A stretch of DNA of 58,189 bases, the filler included, from Sphacelaria rigidula (Eukaryota): assembly GCA_964200075.2 (NCBI GenBank). It is 6 parts of 6 records of this genome, joined end to end, with 100 filler letters (N's around TTAATTAATTAA, not from the genome) between each part and the next. Parts side by side here need not be neighbours in the genome. Positions count along the whole stretch, not along the records: positions 19,432 to 29,046 come from CAXNAA020008095.1; positions 29,147 to 38,761 come from CAXNAA020008096.1; 4 more parts are not named here. The stretch is one strand, 5' to 3'. A model generated the notes under the pieces. The model did not search any database. It worked only from the letters and a program-made list of their open reading frames with translations, and was not told the origin of the DNA. Each line of letters opens with the position of its first letter. Position 1 is the stretch's first letter. This document shows, piece by piece, positions 25,971 to 38,861 of this stretch. A program made the translations under genes and the position numbers.

Positions 25971-26428
25971 TCAGCGTGACGGTTCAAACGTCAAGAGGAA
26001 TTTTCTTGGCCCAGCCCGTATGAAGTATGACCAATGCAAGGGAGAGAGTACGGAATACATGAACACGCGATATTTTTGAGAGGAGATATCAGGCTCCCTT
26101 GTTACTTTGCAGTATTGAATTAAACTTGATTCTTGTGTTGTTTCTATTCTCGCCGCTCCGTTCTTGTTCATCCGTGCGTTTTAGAATAGTTTTCACGGAG
26201 AGAATCAAAGTATTTATTCCCTGAAGCAGTTGTAGTGATTCATTGATATCACGAATTGGCCGGTTCGCTCGCTTGTCTGGCTACCGGTCAGATCATGTCT
26301 TGTTCGTATCACTCTGAGTTTTTCTCGAAACAGTAGTTCGAGTATATTCTTTCGGGGATCACCCGCGAATTCTCATCTCTCACGGGCCGTTTGTTTCCGA
26401 TTTATTTTCGATCTGTACTTACTTGAAA

Positions 26429-26490
<62 letters not shown>

Positions 26491-26518
26491 CTCCGTCTTG
26501 CGTTCTAAAATCGGGCAG

Positions 26519-26626
26519 CCGGATGCGAAAGGCCCAAGACCGGAGATCTTACGGCAAAAGGAGAAAGAGGGGAAAGATCCGGACGCTTACGATAAACTGA
26601 ACGCGCTGGGACTTGTGCGACTCGAG
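26519..26626 (+). CDS. Exon of unknown protein (PDAKGPRPEILRQKEKEGKDPDAYDKLNALGLVRLE)
   Basis: GGCAG acceptor after a (CA)n tract, GAG|GTAAGC donor, 108 nt phase 0/0, compatible with exon 24426-24521. Confidence 0.65.
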
Positions 26627-26771
26627 GTAAGCACTGCGGTAAAACACCAGGCAGTAAATGCAGAGGCGTAGAGAGAGACAAACGAGGGCACACTGTATGA
26701 GGACCAAGGGTTGGATAGATAATGATTAATGTGGATTACTTGGTTTTAGTATATAAGTGATTCGACTCGTA

Positions 26772-27233
26772 CGAATCAAAGAATCCCTAGGCTTTGTTTT
26801 CAGCGTTGCAACCCAGGTACACGCAGCCCAGACACGTGGAATGGCGCAAAAAATTGCATAGATACCCCATGGACCAGCGGTCAACTTTTTTCTCGCTTTT
26901 GGGCAACCAGGCCGAACAAATCGTGGATTTGGTGATTTTTAGTCGTGATGATTCGTCCTAACCGTGATGAGGATAACGCAGCCGTGGACGCCGAATACCG
27001 TGGTGTATTGTGAACAAGGGTCCGATGAATCATCACTAGTTCGAAGTTCCAAATCTACGACGTGTCTTCTGAGGCCTGATTACTTGAAAAAAGCCCTCTT
27101 GGTTTATGACCGCAGACCAGGACAAAAAAAGTTATTTTCCCCCGCACATTTCGTGTTGCATTATTCCACGTGCTTGGGGTGTGCGTACGTGGGTTGCAAC
27201 GATGGAAGCAGGGCCCAAGGATTGATTCATTCG
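26772..27233. mobile_element. MITE with diverged ~85-bp TIRs and TA flanks
   Basis: CGAAT...CGTTGCAACCCA.GTAC.C...CACGTGGAAT mirrored at the right end; TA at 26770-26771 and 27234-27235. Confidence 0.65.
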
Positions 27234-29046
27234 TACTGTATGAATAAATGACACTCAAACCACTTTTTTTTTTTTTTAACGAAAAAATATCCGAGAAATT
27301 TGCAGACGAAAAAAATCAGAGACTGTTTCTAATGAAAAAAAAATCTCAGATTTTTTCAGACGAAAGTAATACAAGGAATTTTCTGTCGAGACGATATTCG
27401 TCCGCCTCTTGTATTGTTTACGGTGAGTCGACGTCCGCGGCTGCGGACGTCTTCACCACTTCGGGACCGGGCCTCCAAAATGACCAATGAGGCTGGTTAG
27501 GAATGACGTGTCTGGCGTCTGCACGAAACAGTGGTTTCATGGTGCTGAAAATCCACGTATGTAACCGAATAGCTCCTCTTGTCCTTCCACGGCCCACCTG
27601 GGTTTGGTGCCTCGTGAAAATGACTACACTGTGGCATGTACACTCCTTCCCGGTTTCCCCCCCTCCACCCTGTGTTATGAATAGTATAATTACCACGTTT
27701 TAGAATAGGCTGGCGACTCAAAAAAACTCCCGAGAGATCCCGGGGTCACTATACTGAGTGCAAGTAATACGATAAGCCTTTCCCCGGGCATCCGGGATTC
27801 GCATACCTGGGAAGGCTTATCTGGGCTAGGGAAAGGACCCCCACACGATCTCGGCAGTAACATCAAACTCGCTAGCAGGCCCCGCGCTGGTCGTTCGGGT
27901 CTGGTCGATAAATTTCGCCTCGCCGTGATTGGGCAGGTCGCTCCCTGGCTTATTTATTTTTCATTATTTCACGCACACATGGTCAACCCCGTACTAGTGG
28001 GGGGTCGGTCCCAAAGGGGTTAACTCCCTCGACTCTGTGTAGCAAAGGGGAGTACCGTATATTGTGTGTCTCTGACTGACGAGAAGAGGGGCCTGTGCAC
28101 TGACGGGGACTTTTGACAAGGTACTTTCGATATGCGATCGTCGACGTCGCTATGATCGCACCATCACCTTCGAGATGGACGGTTCAGGCTGGAATCTGCA
28201 CATCTGGGAGGGAGGGTGTACACATGACGTCATAAGACTCATATAACCTCGCATCCCTACGAAGCCTGGACGAAACACGCCGTTTTTTTTTTCCCGCCGG
28301 ACCAGGCTCGCACTCACTCACCAAGCGCGGAGCGCCCGTCATGTGTTCGGCGAGTTGCATGAAGGGCGAGCTGTATCCTTCGACATTTGGTCGGCCCGAA
28401 GTCTACTGACTATCTTGCATTTGCACGACAGCCTCAAATGAGTTGCTTCATTTTCTGGCATCGCCACTCCAGACAGCCACGGCTTATACACTGCCTCATG
28501 AGTGTTTGACTATGCAAACACTACGTAGTACGATCATCCCCTTTGCGCGCAGTTGAGGTTTTCTAACCCTGCACAAGATGATCTAAGTCGATTATCGTTC
28601 ATGGTTACCGCTGGAAAAAAAAAAAAAAAACGGTAATCTGATTGCCTAGCTTACGCAGTGAGTGGTGTGTTTTATATCGTCGTACCAATCGACGCCGACA
28701 CTTGAAGGGAGAAGGGGGGGCATACTCATTTGTTGCTTGCCCTAGTCGTTTGACCACAAGGGAAAAGGGAGGAGGGGGGGGGTACTCATTTGTTACTTGC
28801 CTTAGTCGTTTGAACATTGACCACGCATCCCTTTCGAGACGGAGCACCATTCCTACTCCTGATAGAGCCACCTACAACATTCCGGCGCTCATTACGTTTC
28901 TTTCATACGTTACACCAAAATCTTTTACATACCATACCCCCGTCCTGTTTCGCCGTCTGTGGCCACCATCTATCTCCTAGGGGGGGGGTGTACTCATGAT
29001 CATGCGTGCCATAGTCATCAGACCATTGACCTCGCATCCCTACAAT

Positions 29047-29146
29047 NNNNNNNNNNNNNNNNNNNNNNNNNNNNNNNNNNNNNNNNNNNNTTAATTAATT
29101 AANNNNNNNNNNNNNNNNNNNNNNNNNNNNNNNNNNNNNNNNNNNN
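29047..29146. other. Artificial scaffold linker
   Basis: Same 44N-TTAATTAATTAA-44N structure. Confidence 0.97.
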
Positions 29147-30061
29147 GCTCCGTCCCGGCTTTGTAGGGATGCGAGGTCAATGGTCTCCTGACTATTGCAT
29201 GCATGATCATGAGTACACCCAATCGTAGCATGGCTCTTTTGCAAACGCACACCTTGGACCTGCCGCGAACAACCCAGATACTGTATAGTAGTGTAGGCAG
29301 TTTCGAAGTCCCGGTCGTATTTTCAGCGTAAACCTTTTCTTGCTTCAGTGTACATACCTCCGGGGCACAACCGGCTCGGGAACCCATCTGTCCTTCTTTG
29401 CACAACAACACGCGACAAATTCATGTCGCTGACATGACGAGAAAGATATTTCCAAATTTGTGAACGACGAGTGAGGGATTTCACGCTAAATAGATGGCAC
29501 CGAGACAAAAGAAAGAAAAGAAGGGTTCTCCAGACAGCCGATAGTTTCATGATTCTATGGGACCAGACACACGTGTTGCTCCCGTGCTGTGTCTTTTTCA
29601 TGGGTGAGTGGGTCTAGGCATCACGTTCTTACTGTGCCTGACAAGCTGTTGGCGGCAATCGGGTTTATCGTGTAAACACGGTCGGTTTTTCGCAGTGGTC
29701 ATCAATCAAGACTCTGGATGTTTCGCCCAAGTACCAAATATAATGTTTGCCACGACTGCCTTCCTTGCCGCAGTCCGAACCCCCTCCGTTTCTCGGGACG
29801 AGTGCGTGGCTTCAAACAGTCACTCCAAGTCTCTCCCGTAATCTGGTATCTGCAGTACGAGAAAATAACTTTCTCCAGCGTCTCGAACAATCACAATGCG
29901 TTTGTCCGCAGCTCTGGTAGTAGGAGGGGAACAACGCCATGCCGACGTTTTGGTGCTCATCAAATCGATGGCATCCCCTGCACGAAACCCAGGGACCTGA
30001 GGGGGGAGCTTCCCCCGGGAGTTTTGGTATTATAGCTCCTAGATTACTGACTCACCCACAG

Positions 30062-30133
30062 GCGTACTACGCTTGCTTCTTCGGACGGGGGGGGTCTTAT
30101 TGTATCTTCTCCTTCGAGCTTCCTTCGACGACG
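30062..30133 (+). CDS. Candidate exon of kinase-like gene (AYYACFFGRGGSYCIFSFELPSTT)
   Basis: CTGAC branch point + CCACAG acceptor, 72 nt phase 0/0; resembles kinase subdomains IV-V; weak donor. Confidence 0.4.
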
Positions 30134-31737
30134 GTTTGGTTTACCTTCACCTTGGATACGTGTAACTTGTGGTCAAGACGACAATGACAGCGGATCGCTA
30201 CGTGACAGTCAATCGATCAATCAAGCACAAATGAATCCACATAATTCAGAGTTATCGCAAGTTGCAACATATTGCCCGCACACCTGTGGATATCGTCGGG
30301 ATAGGCAACTACTTGCGGGTTACCCGACACTATTGGCTCTTGAGGCGTGAGGCCTACGCGCCCCCCCCCCTCTTCGAGGCTACCGGGTGTTGCTGCGCTG
30401 CCTACGGCATTCAATTGAGTTGTACCGTTAGATCACGGGGGCGCGGCGATAAGTCTAACACCAGAGAAATTATGCTCACCTTGTGTGATGTGACCCCGTA
30501 GTCTTTCACCTTTCAAGAGCGGGGTTTGAATAAACTGGGTAATGCGACGTGGAAAAATGTCGTGTGACTCCGAAAGACGTGGTCGACGACAGCAGACTTG
30601 GAACGTCACACAACGGTGTAGTCCACGTCAAGACGATTGTTCCAAACCCCATTGCCTTCCTTCATTAACCGGAGCTCAGGGTGGAGGTGGGGGTTCCTCT
30701 AATTAATCTTGTGGACGTAGTCAAACCGCTATAACTGATGTCGGCTTGAGAGTATGCTTTTGTACCTGGGACAAGGATGCTCACTAGTTTTGAAATATTG
30801 GAAGGGCTTCACCGTGAATATGAAGAATCGAATTGACGCGGTCAATACTAACCATTGAAGCAGCTGACTTTGGGAGTAGTTTGTAGACCACTCAATGTTT
30901 CCATACAAAAGAGGTTCGGACAATATCAGTTCACCTCTCAAGCTATATGTGTGCGGCAAATCACCCCTGCAGCTGATGCAGCTGCCCGCTTGCAGAGGCC
31001 TTTGATTCATGTTTGTACTTGAGTGCTTTCTGGTAAAACGTATGAGTTAACGCCACAAATCCGAAATCTGGGGGGAGGGGGGGGGGAGCGGCGCGTGTGC
31101 TAGAACTGGAAGATGCGCCATCCATTGCGTTAGCCGGCAATATTGGCTTGACGAGGCGTTCACCGACTTGTGATGGCACTGCACGTTTTTCTGGAAGCCC
31201 TTGAGTGGCCGAGACTCAGGGTGACGACAGAAACATTTTGTCGTCGAGAGTCCTGGTTGTTGATGCGCATTGCATTGGTCCCCCGCTTGAGTGGCACGAT
31301 GCAAGAGCGTTTTCTGTGGTGGCGGAACGCAGCGCACTTTACTCCGGCGCACCAAAGCACGTTGCACAAATACCTCTCAGTCGAAGACGAGCACAGGGTT
31401 ATCGGAACCTCTGGCAGGCAACATGCGTGGAGCATGCCCTCGATGGCATGTGTGTAAATACCTACATGAACACTCATCGTTTCTTGAACTTGAGTGCATT
31501 AATGCAAGAATTTTCCAGTCATCCTACGATAGGGGGAGAGTATTTGATTGCACGCAAAAAGAGGCTCATAAGTGTGTCAGACGACCTGCCACACTCGCGG
31601 TGCGCTCATATTTGGTTCAACACGGTGTAAATCGGTATGAATGAGCGTTATTTATCTGTCACAAGCTCGTTCGAACAACCGGTGCTGCTTTGAACGACGA
31701 TTCGACTTGGAATTTCATACAAGAAGCGGCCCAAAAT

Positions 31738-31777
<40 letters not shown>

Positions 31778-32086
31778 ACCCCCCGCCCGGCGCCCCGCGC
31801 CCTCGCCGAAGAGGCGAGACAGCACACACGCCACCCNNNNNNNNNNCCCCCCCCCCCCCCCCCATTGCTCCCCCTCGAAAGGGAGGCGTGGGTAAGGTTC
31901 AAAAGGCCAAGGAAAGCAACAAATGAGTACCCCCCCCCCCCCCCCCGCTATCGTGGGATGACTCTTCCACCGAGAACAGTTGTGGGAAAAAATGCCCCTC
32001 GACGTCGTATCGAACAGCTTCTGGTTCCCAACATATGTCAACCTTTGTTAATCGTATCGTGTATTGGAATGCGATTATTGCGACAG

Positions 32087-32188
32087 GAGAGGAAGGTTGC
32101 AATGTGGCTCAGGATGGGAAACCTGGCAAGTACTTACCTATCTCCGGGCATGTGGCCCCAGCAGACGGAGCTCCGCTTCCAGGAAGAG
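32087..32188 (+). CDS. Penultimate exon of protein-kinase-like gene (ERKVAMWLRMGNLASTYLSPGMWPQQTELRFQEE)
   Basis: GACAG acceptor, GAG|GTGCGA donor, 102 nt phase 0/0, joins in frame to 32714. Confidence 0.65.
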
Positions 32189-32713
32189 GTGCGAAAGCTC
32201 TTGGTAATACCTTCGCTATTTACAGTGACAAAGGCACTGTGATAGTCACCGCCTATTGGATAGTCGATTTCACCCCTCTCCTCCGAACTCCAGCCCTCAA
32301 ATCCGAATACATGAGCGAGAAGCTCTCGAAGACACGTTCTTAGCCTTTTCCTCGTGTATCAGTCTGTGGGGGAAAGGCATGAAGCGGGTTCTTTACTCTG
32401 TTCTCTGTTTTTATCAGTTGGTTGACTAAAAACGATGACGTACCTGTAAATAGGCAGACCGCATCATATCGATACTGGTAACAGCGAGCACCATTGTCTT
32501 TGTTTACGGGAGAAAAACGTGAAGAATTGATTTGTTCATTCCAGAAATAAGGAGCACCATCGTTGACCTGCGGTCGCCTAACGATAAAAAAGTTGCCCTA
32601 GTCGTCTGCCTGCAAGCGCTTGATTTACATGCATATCGCCGTCACAGCAGCTTCCGTGATAACTCCAACATTTGCATATTTTGCGCTTCCTGCGCTCGGC
32701 GTTGTTGCACCAG

Positions 32714-33109
32714 GTGATGAGCGTGATGAAGGCGCTCCTTCATAGAGATCCAGCAAAGCGCTTGACGCTGGAGACGCTTGCCGTTCTGCTGTCATGCCCT
32801 GCCATGTGGGAGGACAAGATCCCTGCGTTCACCACAAGGGACATCTTACCCGCAGTCGGTAGCAGTAGTGGTAGCGGTGGCGGCGGTGGCTTCGATGGCA
32901 GTGGCGGCACCCATTCCTCGATTGCCGAGGCTTCTGCACCGTTCAGCAGAATCCTGAAACAGATCGTAGAGGACGCCAGGCAGGAAACACTCCTGGGCGA
33001 AACGCGTAAGAAACCCAAATGGATGGAAACATGCGACGAGTGGTGGATGCAGTATCCCTCTCTGGAAGGCCTGCGGGAGCGGCGGCGGCGTGATGCAAGC
33101 GGGCGATAA
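32714..33109 (+). CDS. Terminal exon of protein-kinase-like gene (VMSVMKALLHRDPAKRLTLE...RRRRDASGR*)
   Basis: CACCAG acceptor; LLxxDPxxRxT is the kinase subdomain XI pattern; G/S-rich linker; TAA stop. Confidence 0.75.
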   Translation: MMSVMKALLHRDPAKRLTLETLAVLLSCPAMWEDKIPAFTTRDILPAVGSSSGSGGGGGFDGSGGTHSSIAEASAPFSRILKQIVEDARQETLLGETRKKPKWMETCDEWWMQYPSLEGLRERRRRDASGR

Positions 33110-33779
33110 CGTCGGCGGCGTACGAAGAGAACGCGCATCGGGGAAACTTGGGCGTTCATCGTTCCTCATCGCTTCGTGGTTTCAGGGGGAGTACTGCGGG
33201 TAATACACTGTCTAGATAAAGCGTTTTCGATGATAGTGGGCAGTCATCGTATACCTGTATTTGTTCCGGCGTCAATGTTCAAAGTCTTCACCTATAGTTT
33301 CTGGGAGGAGAGTTGGGGAAATCGGGGCAGAAAGTAGCACAGATAGGGGCAGGGTAGTGTGGAGTTGTGAAAAGGAGCAAAACATCACGCGAATATTTCA
33401 TGTAAGTACCACGTACGATGTACGCACGCCGGCCAGATGTGTCCCTGTAGGCGACATGTCAAGGTCGGGGTGGCATCTCACCGTTGAGGTTCGGCATTTG
33501 GTCGCTGAGCATACCGGGAGAAGGGCCATAGTGCCTTGGAGACGGCAGTAGGGAAGTACACTCAGTGCTAATATCAACCGACCGCTACCATGTTCGGTAC
33601 GTTGCGGATGCGACGAAGCAGAAACATGGCAAGTGTGATGATCCCCATATATGTGGAGAGGGTGGTCTGCTCTCTACAAACGTCTTCGCTCTTGGTCATG
33701 AAGGGAGATGATGAAAGTGTCCCCGAGGGCACTTGAGTTAAGAACGCACTCCGGAAACACACGGAAACTGGAGCACATG

Positions 33780-34860
33780 AAGCCAATGTGCCCCCGGAAA
33801 CAAGCAACGCCGTAGTGTGCGCAATGACGGCGACTGCAGAATACCAAACCGGTCTTTGGATTGTGTGCAACACCTACTACAGCGGCGAGCGCAGTAGTTC
33901 CGCCGGTCATCGTCTCTCGATCGATATACGGAACGGTCAGTGTTATCGTTTTTCATGTCACCCTTTTCGGGTAGCGCATCAAGTAAGATATTATCTCGGA
34001 AAACACGACATTTGAAGCATGCTACCACGCGCGATGAGGTGAACCATATGATACTCGACGTGTTTGTGAGAGTTTTTTGCCGGCTCGACTGCCGCGGCGA
34101 GCGCAGTAGTGCTGTCGGTGATCGCGCTTGGCTCGATATCCGGGTGGTTTAGTGTACTCAAATATCATGATTTCTTCACGAATATTCCGGGAAACACGCC
34201 ATCTATGCTAAACCGCCTCCGAAAATAGGCAGGCTTTGGTAAAGGTGCACAAATATTTTCTTACGTTCGCATTATTAGGAGTTCTCTATCTTATCTACCA
34301 AAAGACTCATGAAATACGGGAGAGCACGCCGCGGTTAGCACGCCACTCGGCTAGGGATATCCCGAATGGATTTGAAAACGGGGTAATCCTGGCCCATATT
34401 CATGTAAAGCTCCGAACATAAGGAGTCCCTGAACGACGAAAAAGATCTGGACCCCAAAATGTGCAACACCTAGCGTAGCATGACAAAAAACACACTAGCA
34501 CGCGTGATCACGACAACATACGTGCCTGGCAGTTTCCTACGGCATTCACTGCAGTTGTAGGGGCGGTAGATCTGTTCGTCGTCGCTCCTCACCTGATATA
34601 CAGGCATGTCCGCGTTCTCCATGGTCATTTCCTCTGCTGGCCCTTTGGGAAGGTACATTAGCATAAAGTGCCTCCAAAAGTAAACGATATATGAAGCACG
34701 CCACCACGCGCGATGGTGGCGACTGAAGAACGCTACACACGTCTGTAGGTTATCTTCAACTTTTACTGCCGCACTTGGTGCGGCAGTACCGCCGGTAGTC
34801 GATTCTAGTTCGATTTACGGACGGTTTCGTGTTCTCAATATATCGGATATCTCCATGGAC
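33780..34860 (-). pseudogene. Three decayed ~170-190-bp coding-like repeats, possibly ankyrin-like
   Basis: Units at ~33790-33960, ~34010-34175 and ~34690-34855. Minus-strand peptides TLNHPDIEPSAITDSTTALAAAVEPAKNSHKHVEYHMVHLIARG and TLTVPYIDRETMTGGTTALAAVVGVAH, with stops/frameshifts and a MITE inserted. Confidence 0.3.
34231..34481. mobile_element. Decayed MITE, same family as 10878-11135
   Basis: GGTGCACAAATATTTTCT...GTGCAACACCTAGCGTAGCAT is collinear with the 10.9-kb copy. Confidence 0.7.
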
Positions 34861-35305
34861 GTTTCGGTGGCACACTACCATGAAGTCCCTCCTTATATCG
34901 AGTATATATATATATATATATATACCCACGCGCGGTCACGACGACCGCGGGATACTATTAATACAAGGAATAGGGGACCCTGGAGATGGAACGGTAAACA
35001 AAAATTGGGGCTCAAAATTGTGCGAAACGGTACCCCTCAAAGACACCGAGGAGACTGGAGCCCCCCAACAAGTTGAAAGCCCGAGTCCAGACGTTGTGGT
35101 GCGATTTTGAGAACGACATTTATTTGAGTCGCTTGTCTCCAGACTGAAACGCGTTATGTTCGGGCCTGGGTCTGGTGTTTCCTATGGCCCAAACAACAGT
35201 CCAAATACTGTACTATGTTCCTGAAATTTCAGGACACAACAGCCGATCATCGAAATTGAGGATGAAGCTTTTCATTGAGGACTATAATCTGCGAAATGAA
35301 AACCA

Positions 35306-35613
35306 CCCTATCCACAACGATTCTTCGGAATATAGCTGCATTCCTTGATCTCCTGGTAGCTATTTACAACTACTACACGCCCTACGAATTTGGATCTCGG
35401 CAACCGAAATGTTGGGTTCTAGGTGAAGAAACGATTCCGGGGAAATAGGGCGGTCCGTCTTGATCACCTACATTCCCCAGAACTGTCTCTTCACCTAGGA
35501 CCTCAACATTACGGTTACCCAAATCGATTTTTTTATGGCGCGTAGTACTTGTCTATAGCTACCCGGAAGACAAGGAATGCAACCATCATCCGAAGACTTC
35601 GAGTGGATACGGG
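35306..35613. mobile_element. Foldback element, relative of 52624-53056
   Basis: Inverted arms ~140 bp; left arm aligns with TCTTCG.AATAT...ACAACT.CTACACGCC...AATGTTGGG..AGGTGAA of the 52.7-kb copy. Confidence 0.7.
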
Positions 35614-37136
35614 AAATGTTGAAAACATTGACTGCTACTGTAGCGAATTCACCCGCCGCGATCTAAAAGAATGATTGGCTGGTGTTTGTATAATTTCGGA
35701 CGATATATCCAACGACTAACACTTCGGAACGTTAACCCTTGTTCGCCCGAGTTGGTTTTCTTAGCCACACAGTAACGGTTTGAGTGGAAGTGAAACCGAT
35801 TCGACACATGACCTACCCTGGCGGTCCAGGGGATAGGCCCTAAGCCTGACCCTGAGCGGCAAAGGAATATATTCGCAGATGACTACTGATTGCACGATTG
35901 AGGAAAGGACATGGCCGGCGTGAACCCAACGGCCAATACAAGGATAGAACCATGCAACTTTTGCTGTATTTGTTGGTGATGTTTGGCTCTCAATTTTCGG
36001 TGTAGTTTTGTTTGGCTTCGCGTGTAGAGTGAGAGCGATGGGCTCGACGTAGCCCAAACGGCCGGCCGCCACCGACATCGTATCTATTGCGGATATTATT
36101 ATCTCTCCTTTCATTGTGTCACGTCTGTGTTGCTTTTTCTTCTGAGCCCAATTCTATTTTACATGATTTCCTCCTTATACCTTGTTTGGGGCAGTTCGTC
36201 TATGACCACGGAAGACATCCGCATCAGACGGACCGGCATGGATGGTGAAAGGTACTGCTGCGTAGAGATCGGGGCGGGTTATTTTTTATTTGTGAAGAAA
36301 ACGCCGACAACAACAACAACAACAACGACGACGACGACAACGACGAAACGCAGACGACAACGAAGACGATGGCGACGGCCACGACAACAACGACGACATA
36401 CACCCAATATATTCACCTACGCCCGACATACGTTGGCTACCGGGTGAATGACCCCACGACTACAACGAAGGCCCCACACGGAATTAATATATACAGTAGC
36501 GTGCCATCTATTGATGGAACACAAAACACGACGTCTTTCGAAGGTGTCCATCTGTGCAATTGGCATCACTTTCACACCTTTTACAAGAAAAAGCGATACT
36601 ATTTTTACAGATAAACACCTCCAGTGATGAATATCCATTTGTGGAACAGGCGCCATTGCCACTTCAAGTGAAAACGATCCCGATTCCAAACGGACATCTC
36701 TGGCGCAAAAAGGGGCGAAAACCTCCCACTTCATCAATTCCTAGACACTCAATCTCGCTATAAGGTTGTTCACTACTGTCGATACGCATGATTATACACT
36801 CTGGATACAATGGTTGGCCAACGAGAACGCGTGAGAACTCCTGGGTTCAGTACCAAAAAAAGGCGACAAGCGAGCAGTGGGGAAGCAAAATCGTGCGTCC
36901 TCGGCGGAAACCAGGGGCTAACTACTAGAACCCCGAAACAACGTCAATGATGAGGCCTAAATTTTCCTCAAACAATCATCGTAAGTATTATTTTCTTGGC
37001 TTTGGCGAGAGAAATATGACGAGCAGGACTGCCGCCGATCCGATGTCGAGGCTCGGTTGTAACAGAAACATAGTACCCCACGCCACGCATGGGTGTGTCA
37101 GCCTTCACCACACTACAAGCGGGCGGCAGCAGTACC

Positions 37137-37686
37137 CTAACTTTCCTCGTGATCCAACAGGGGGAATGCGGTAAGAGCCTCGTTTCCCTCCAGTCCCTCA
37201 AACGCCAGCCTCTCGTCATCACCGCTACTACCGATCTCCCCATTCACTCCATCTGCAAACGTGCCAGCGGCTCTCAGCAAACCATCCGCCAAGTCGAGCA
37301 GCATCGCGTCTTCGACGTCAAGCATAGTAATTCCGTCGCTTTCTTGCCCCATCGTGTCACCGTCATCGTCCTGTTGAAAGCCAGAATTTGTTCGCCGTAG
37401 GTTTTCAACTTCCGGTCGCCCGCTACCTCCGGCCATGACCTCGTCACCGACAGCCTTGGATATATCTCCGTCTTCTCCTGGTTTTGCTGTGTTCTCCCCT
37501 TTCATTTCACAGGTCTGATGGACGGTCTCACCCGAAAAGTCATCGCAATCCAGGGGACGTCCACGGCATTCCTCGGCAACAGAAGCAACCTCACCAAGAG
37601 GCTCCTCCCCGCTTTGTCGGTGCTGGCTTCCCGTACCACCCGTGGGCTCTCGGCGAATGCCGTCTCGTTCTGTGCCCGTTCGCGAC
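37137..37686 (-). CDS. Terminal exon of unknown gene, acidic low-complexity C-terminus (...AFPLLDHEES*)
   Basis: 183-codon D/E/G-rich frame ending TAG; candidate acceptor CAAAAG, phase 2, matching the phase 2 end of exon 38172-38342. Confidence 0.65.
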
Positions 37687-37773
37687 CTTTTGTTCGAGTT
37701 GGAAAGCAATGGTGTTGATGGGTCACCGAACACAAAAGACATGAATGCGCGCCTTACGTTCTCATAAGACAGA

Positions 37774-37851
37774 CTAACCCTAACCCTAACCGTAGGGATG
37801 TTCAAATTCCGATGCGGTCCTCTTAGCACGCGGTCCTCTCACGCATTACAC
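37774..37851. mobile_element. Half copy of the telomere-repeat MITE seen at 54243-54455
   Basis: (CTAACC)3 GTAGGGATGTTCAAATTCCGATGCGGTCCTCT.AGC.CGCGGTCCTCTCACGCATTACAC; lies in a predicted intron. Confidence 0.8.
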
Positions 37852-38171
37852 TGGAGCAAAACCATCTCGCACAAGAACGTGGGATAAAATATTCATTCCC
37901 GTCGTTTCGCGCGTTTGTCTCTCCTGCCATATCCCGGGGGGTAGCCCCGGGTGCTCTCACTCTGTGGTCGTCTGGAGCTACTGGTACGACATACACGGGA
38001 ATCCTCAGCCGTAAATAGTATTTAGGCGACACATCTTTCTGTAAAACGCAGGTAGGCACTGCTCACAAGTTTCCGGCTACTACCCTCAAAACGTGTCTTG
38101 ACGAGTTGAACCGCAAGAGTGCTACAAAGGATCGCTTCCTGCGAATAAAAAAACTAGGATGTAGCACATAC

Positions 38172-38342
38172 ATGCAGAAAGCATGGTCGCAGATGTCGGC
38201 CATGCCCTTCAACTCTTCCATTGCCGGGATCAGCCGGGACCCCACCGGCGCGGTAGAATTGAACGCATGTCGCACCGTGTCGTACAGGTCTTCACGGTCC
38301 GCTCGGGAGAACGCGACCAAAAAGCTGTGTGCCGCATGCGTC
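38172..38342 (-). CDS. Exon of unknown gene (THAAHSFLVAFSRADREDLYDTVRHAFNSTAPVGSRLIPAMEELKGMADICDHAFC)
   Basis: GTTGCAG acceptor, AT|GTATGT donor, 171 nt phase 2/2, coding-like composition. Confidence 0.65.
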
Positions 38343-38761
38343 CTGCAACGCACAATAGTTGAGCGACGAAAACAAGTGGCGTGGGAATGCGACAGTTCAA
38401 GCTTACCCGTGAACATGGCGGTTGGTGTCAAAGAGTAAGAATTTCGAGTACAGCGCAACGGCGAGGTAGTGTCATGAGCATACGCCGAAAATGAACCGTA
38501 ACGGCAGCACGCATCAAGCGTTATGTTTTTTTCTAACGTGAATCAGAGCGGTTGGTACAAAAATCAAAGAAGAGATTCGAAAGTACCGTAACGGACGAAC
38601 GAATGACGTCATCAGTCGTGAGATTTGAGTCAAGAACAACGAAGCGGAGTGTGTTCAATGCAAATCCTTCGAGTGGGAGGTAGCAAGGACATGGTTTCGA
38701 AAATAACAAAACCCGAATGAAAACGTACCAAGAGGATCAACGCCAAAATGCAGCAAGATCA

Positions 38762-38861
38762 NNNNNNNNNNNNNNNNNNNNNNNNNNNNNNNNNNNNNNN
38801 NNNNNTTAATTAATTAANNNNNNNNNNNNNNNNNNNNNNNNNNNNNNNNNNNNNNNNNNNN
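38762..38861. other. Artificial scaffold linker
   Basis: Same 44N-TTAATTAATTAA-44N structure. Confidence 0.97.

Noticed and set aside
31641..32041. Poly-Pro/Gly ORFs
   Set aside because: Poly-C homopolymer and N gap; low-quality sequence.
24426..33109. Joining piece-3 plus-strand exons to the kinase gene
   Set aside because: Linker at 29047-29146; different scaffolds.
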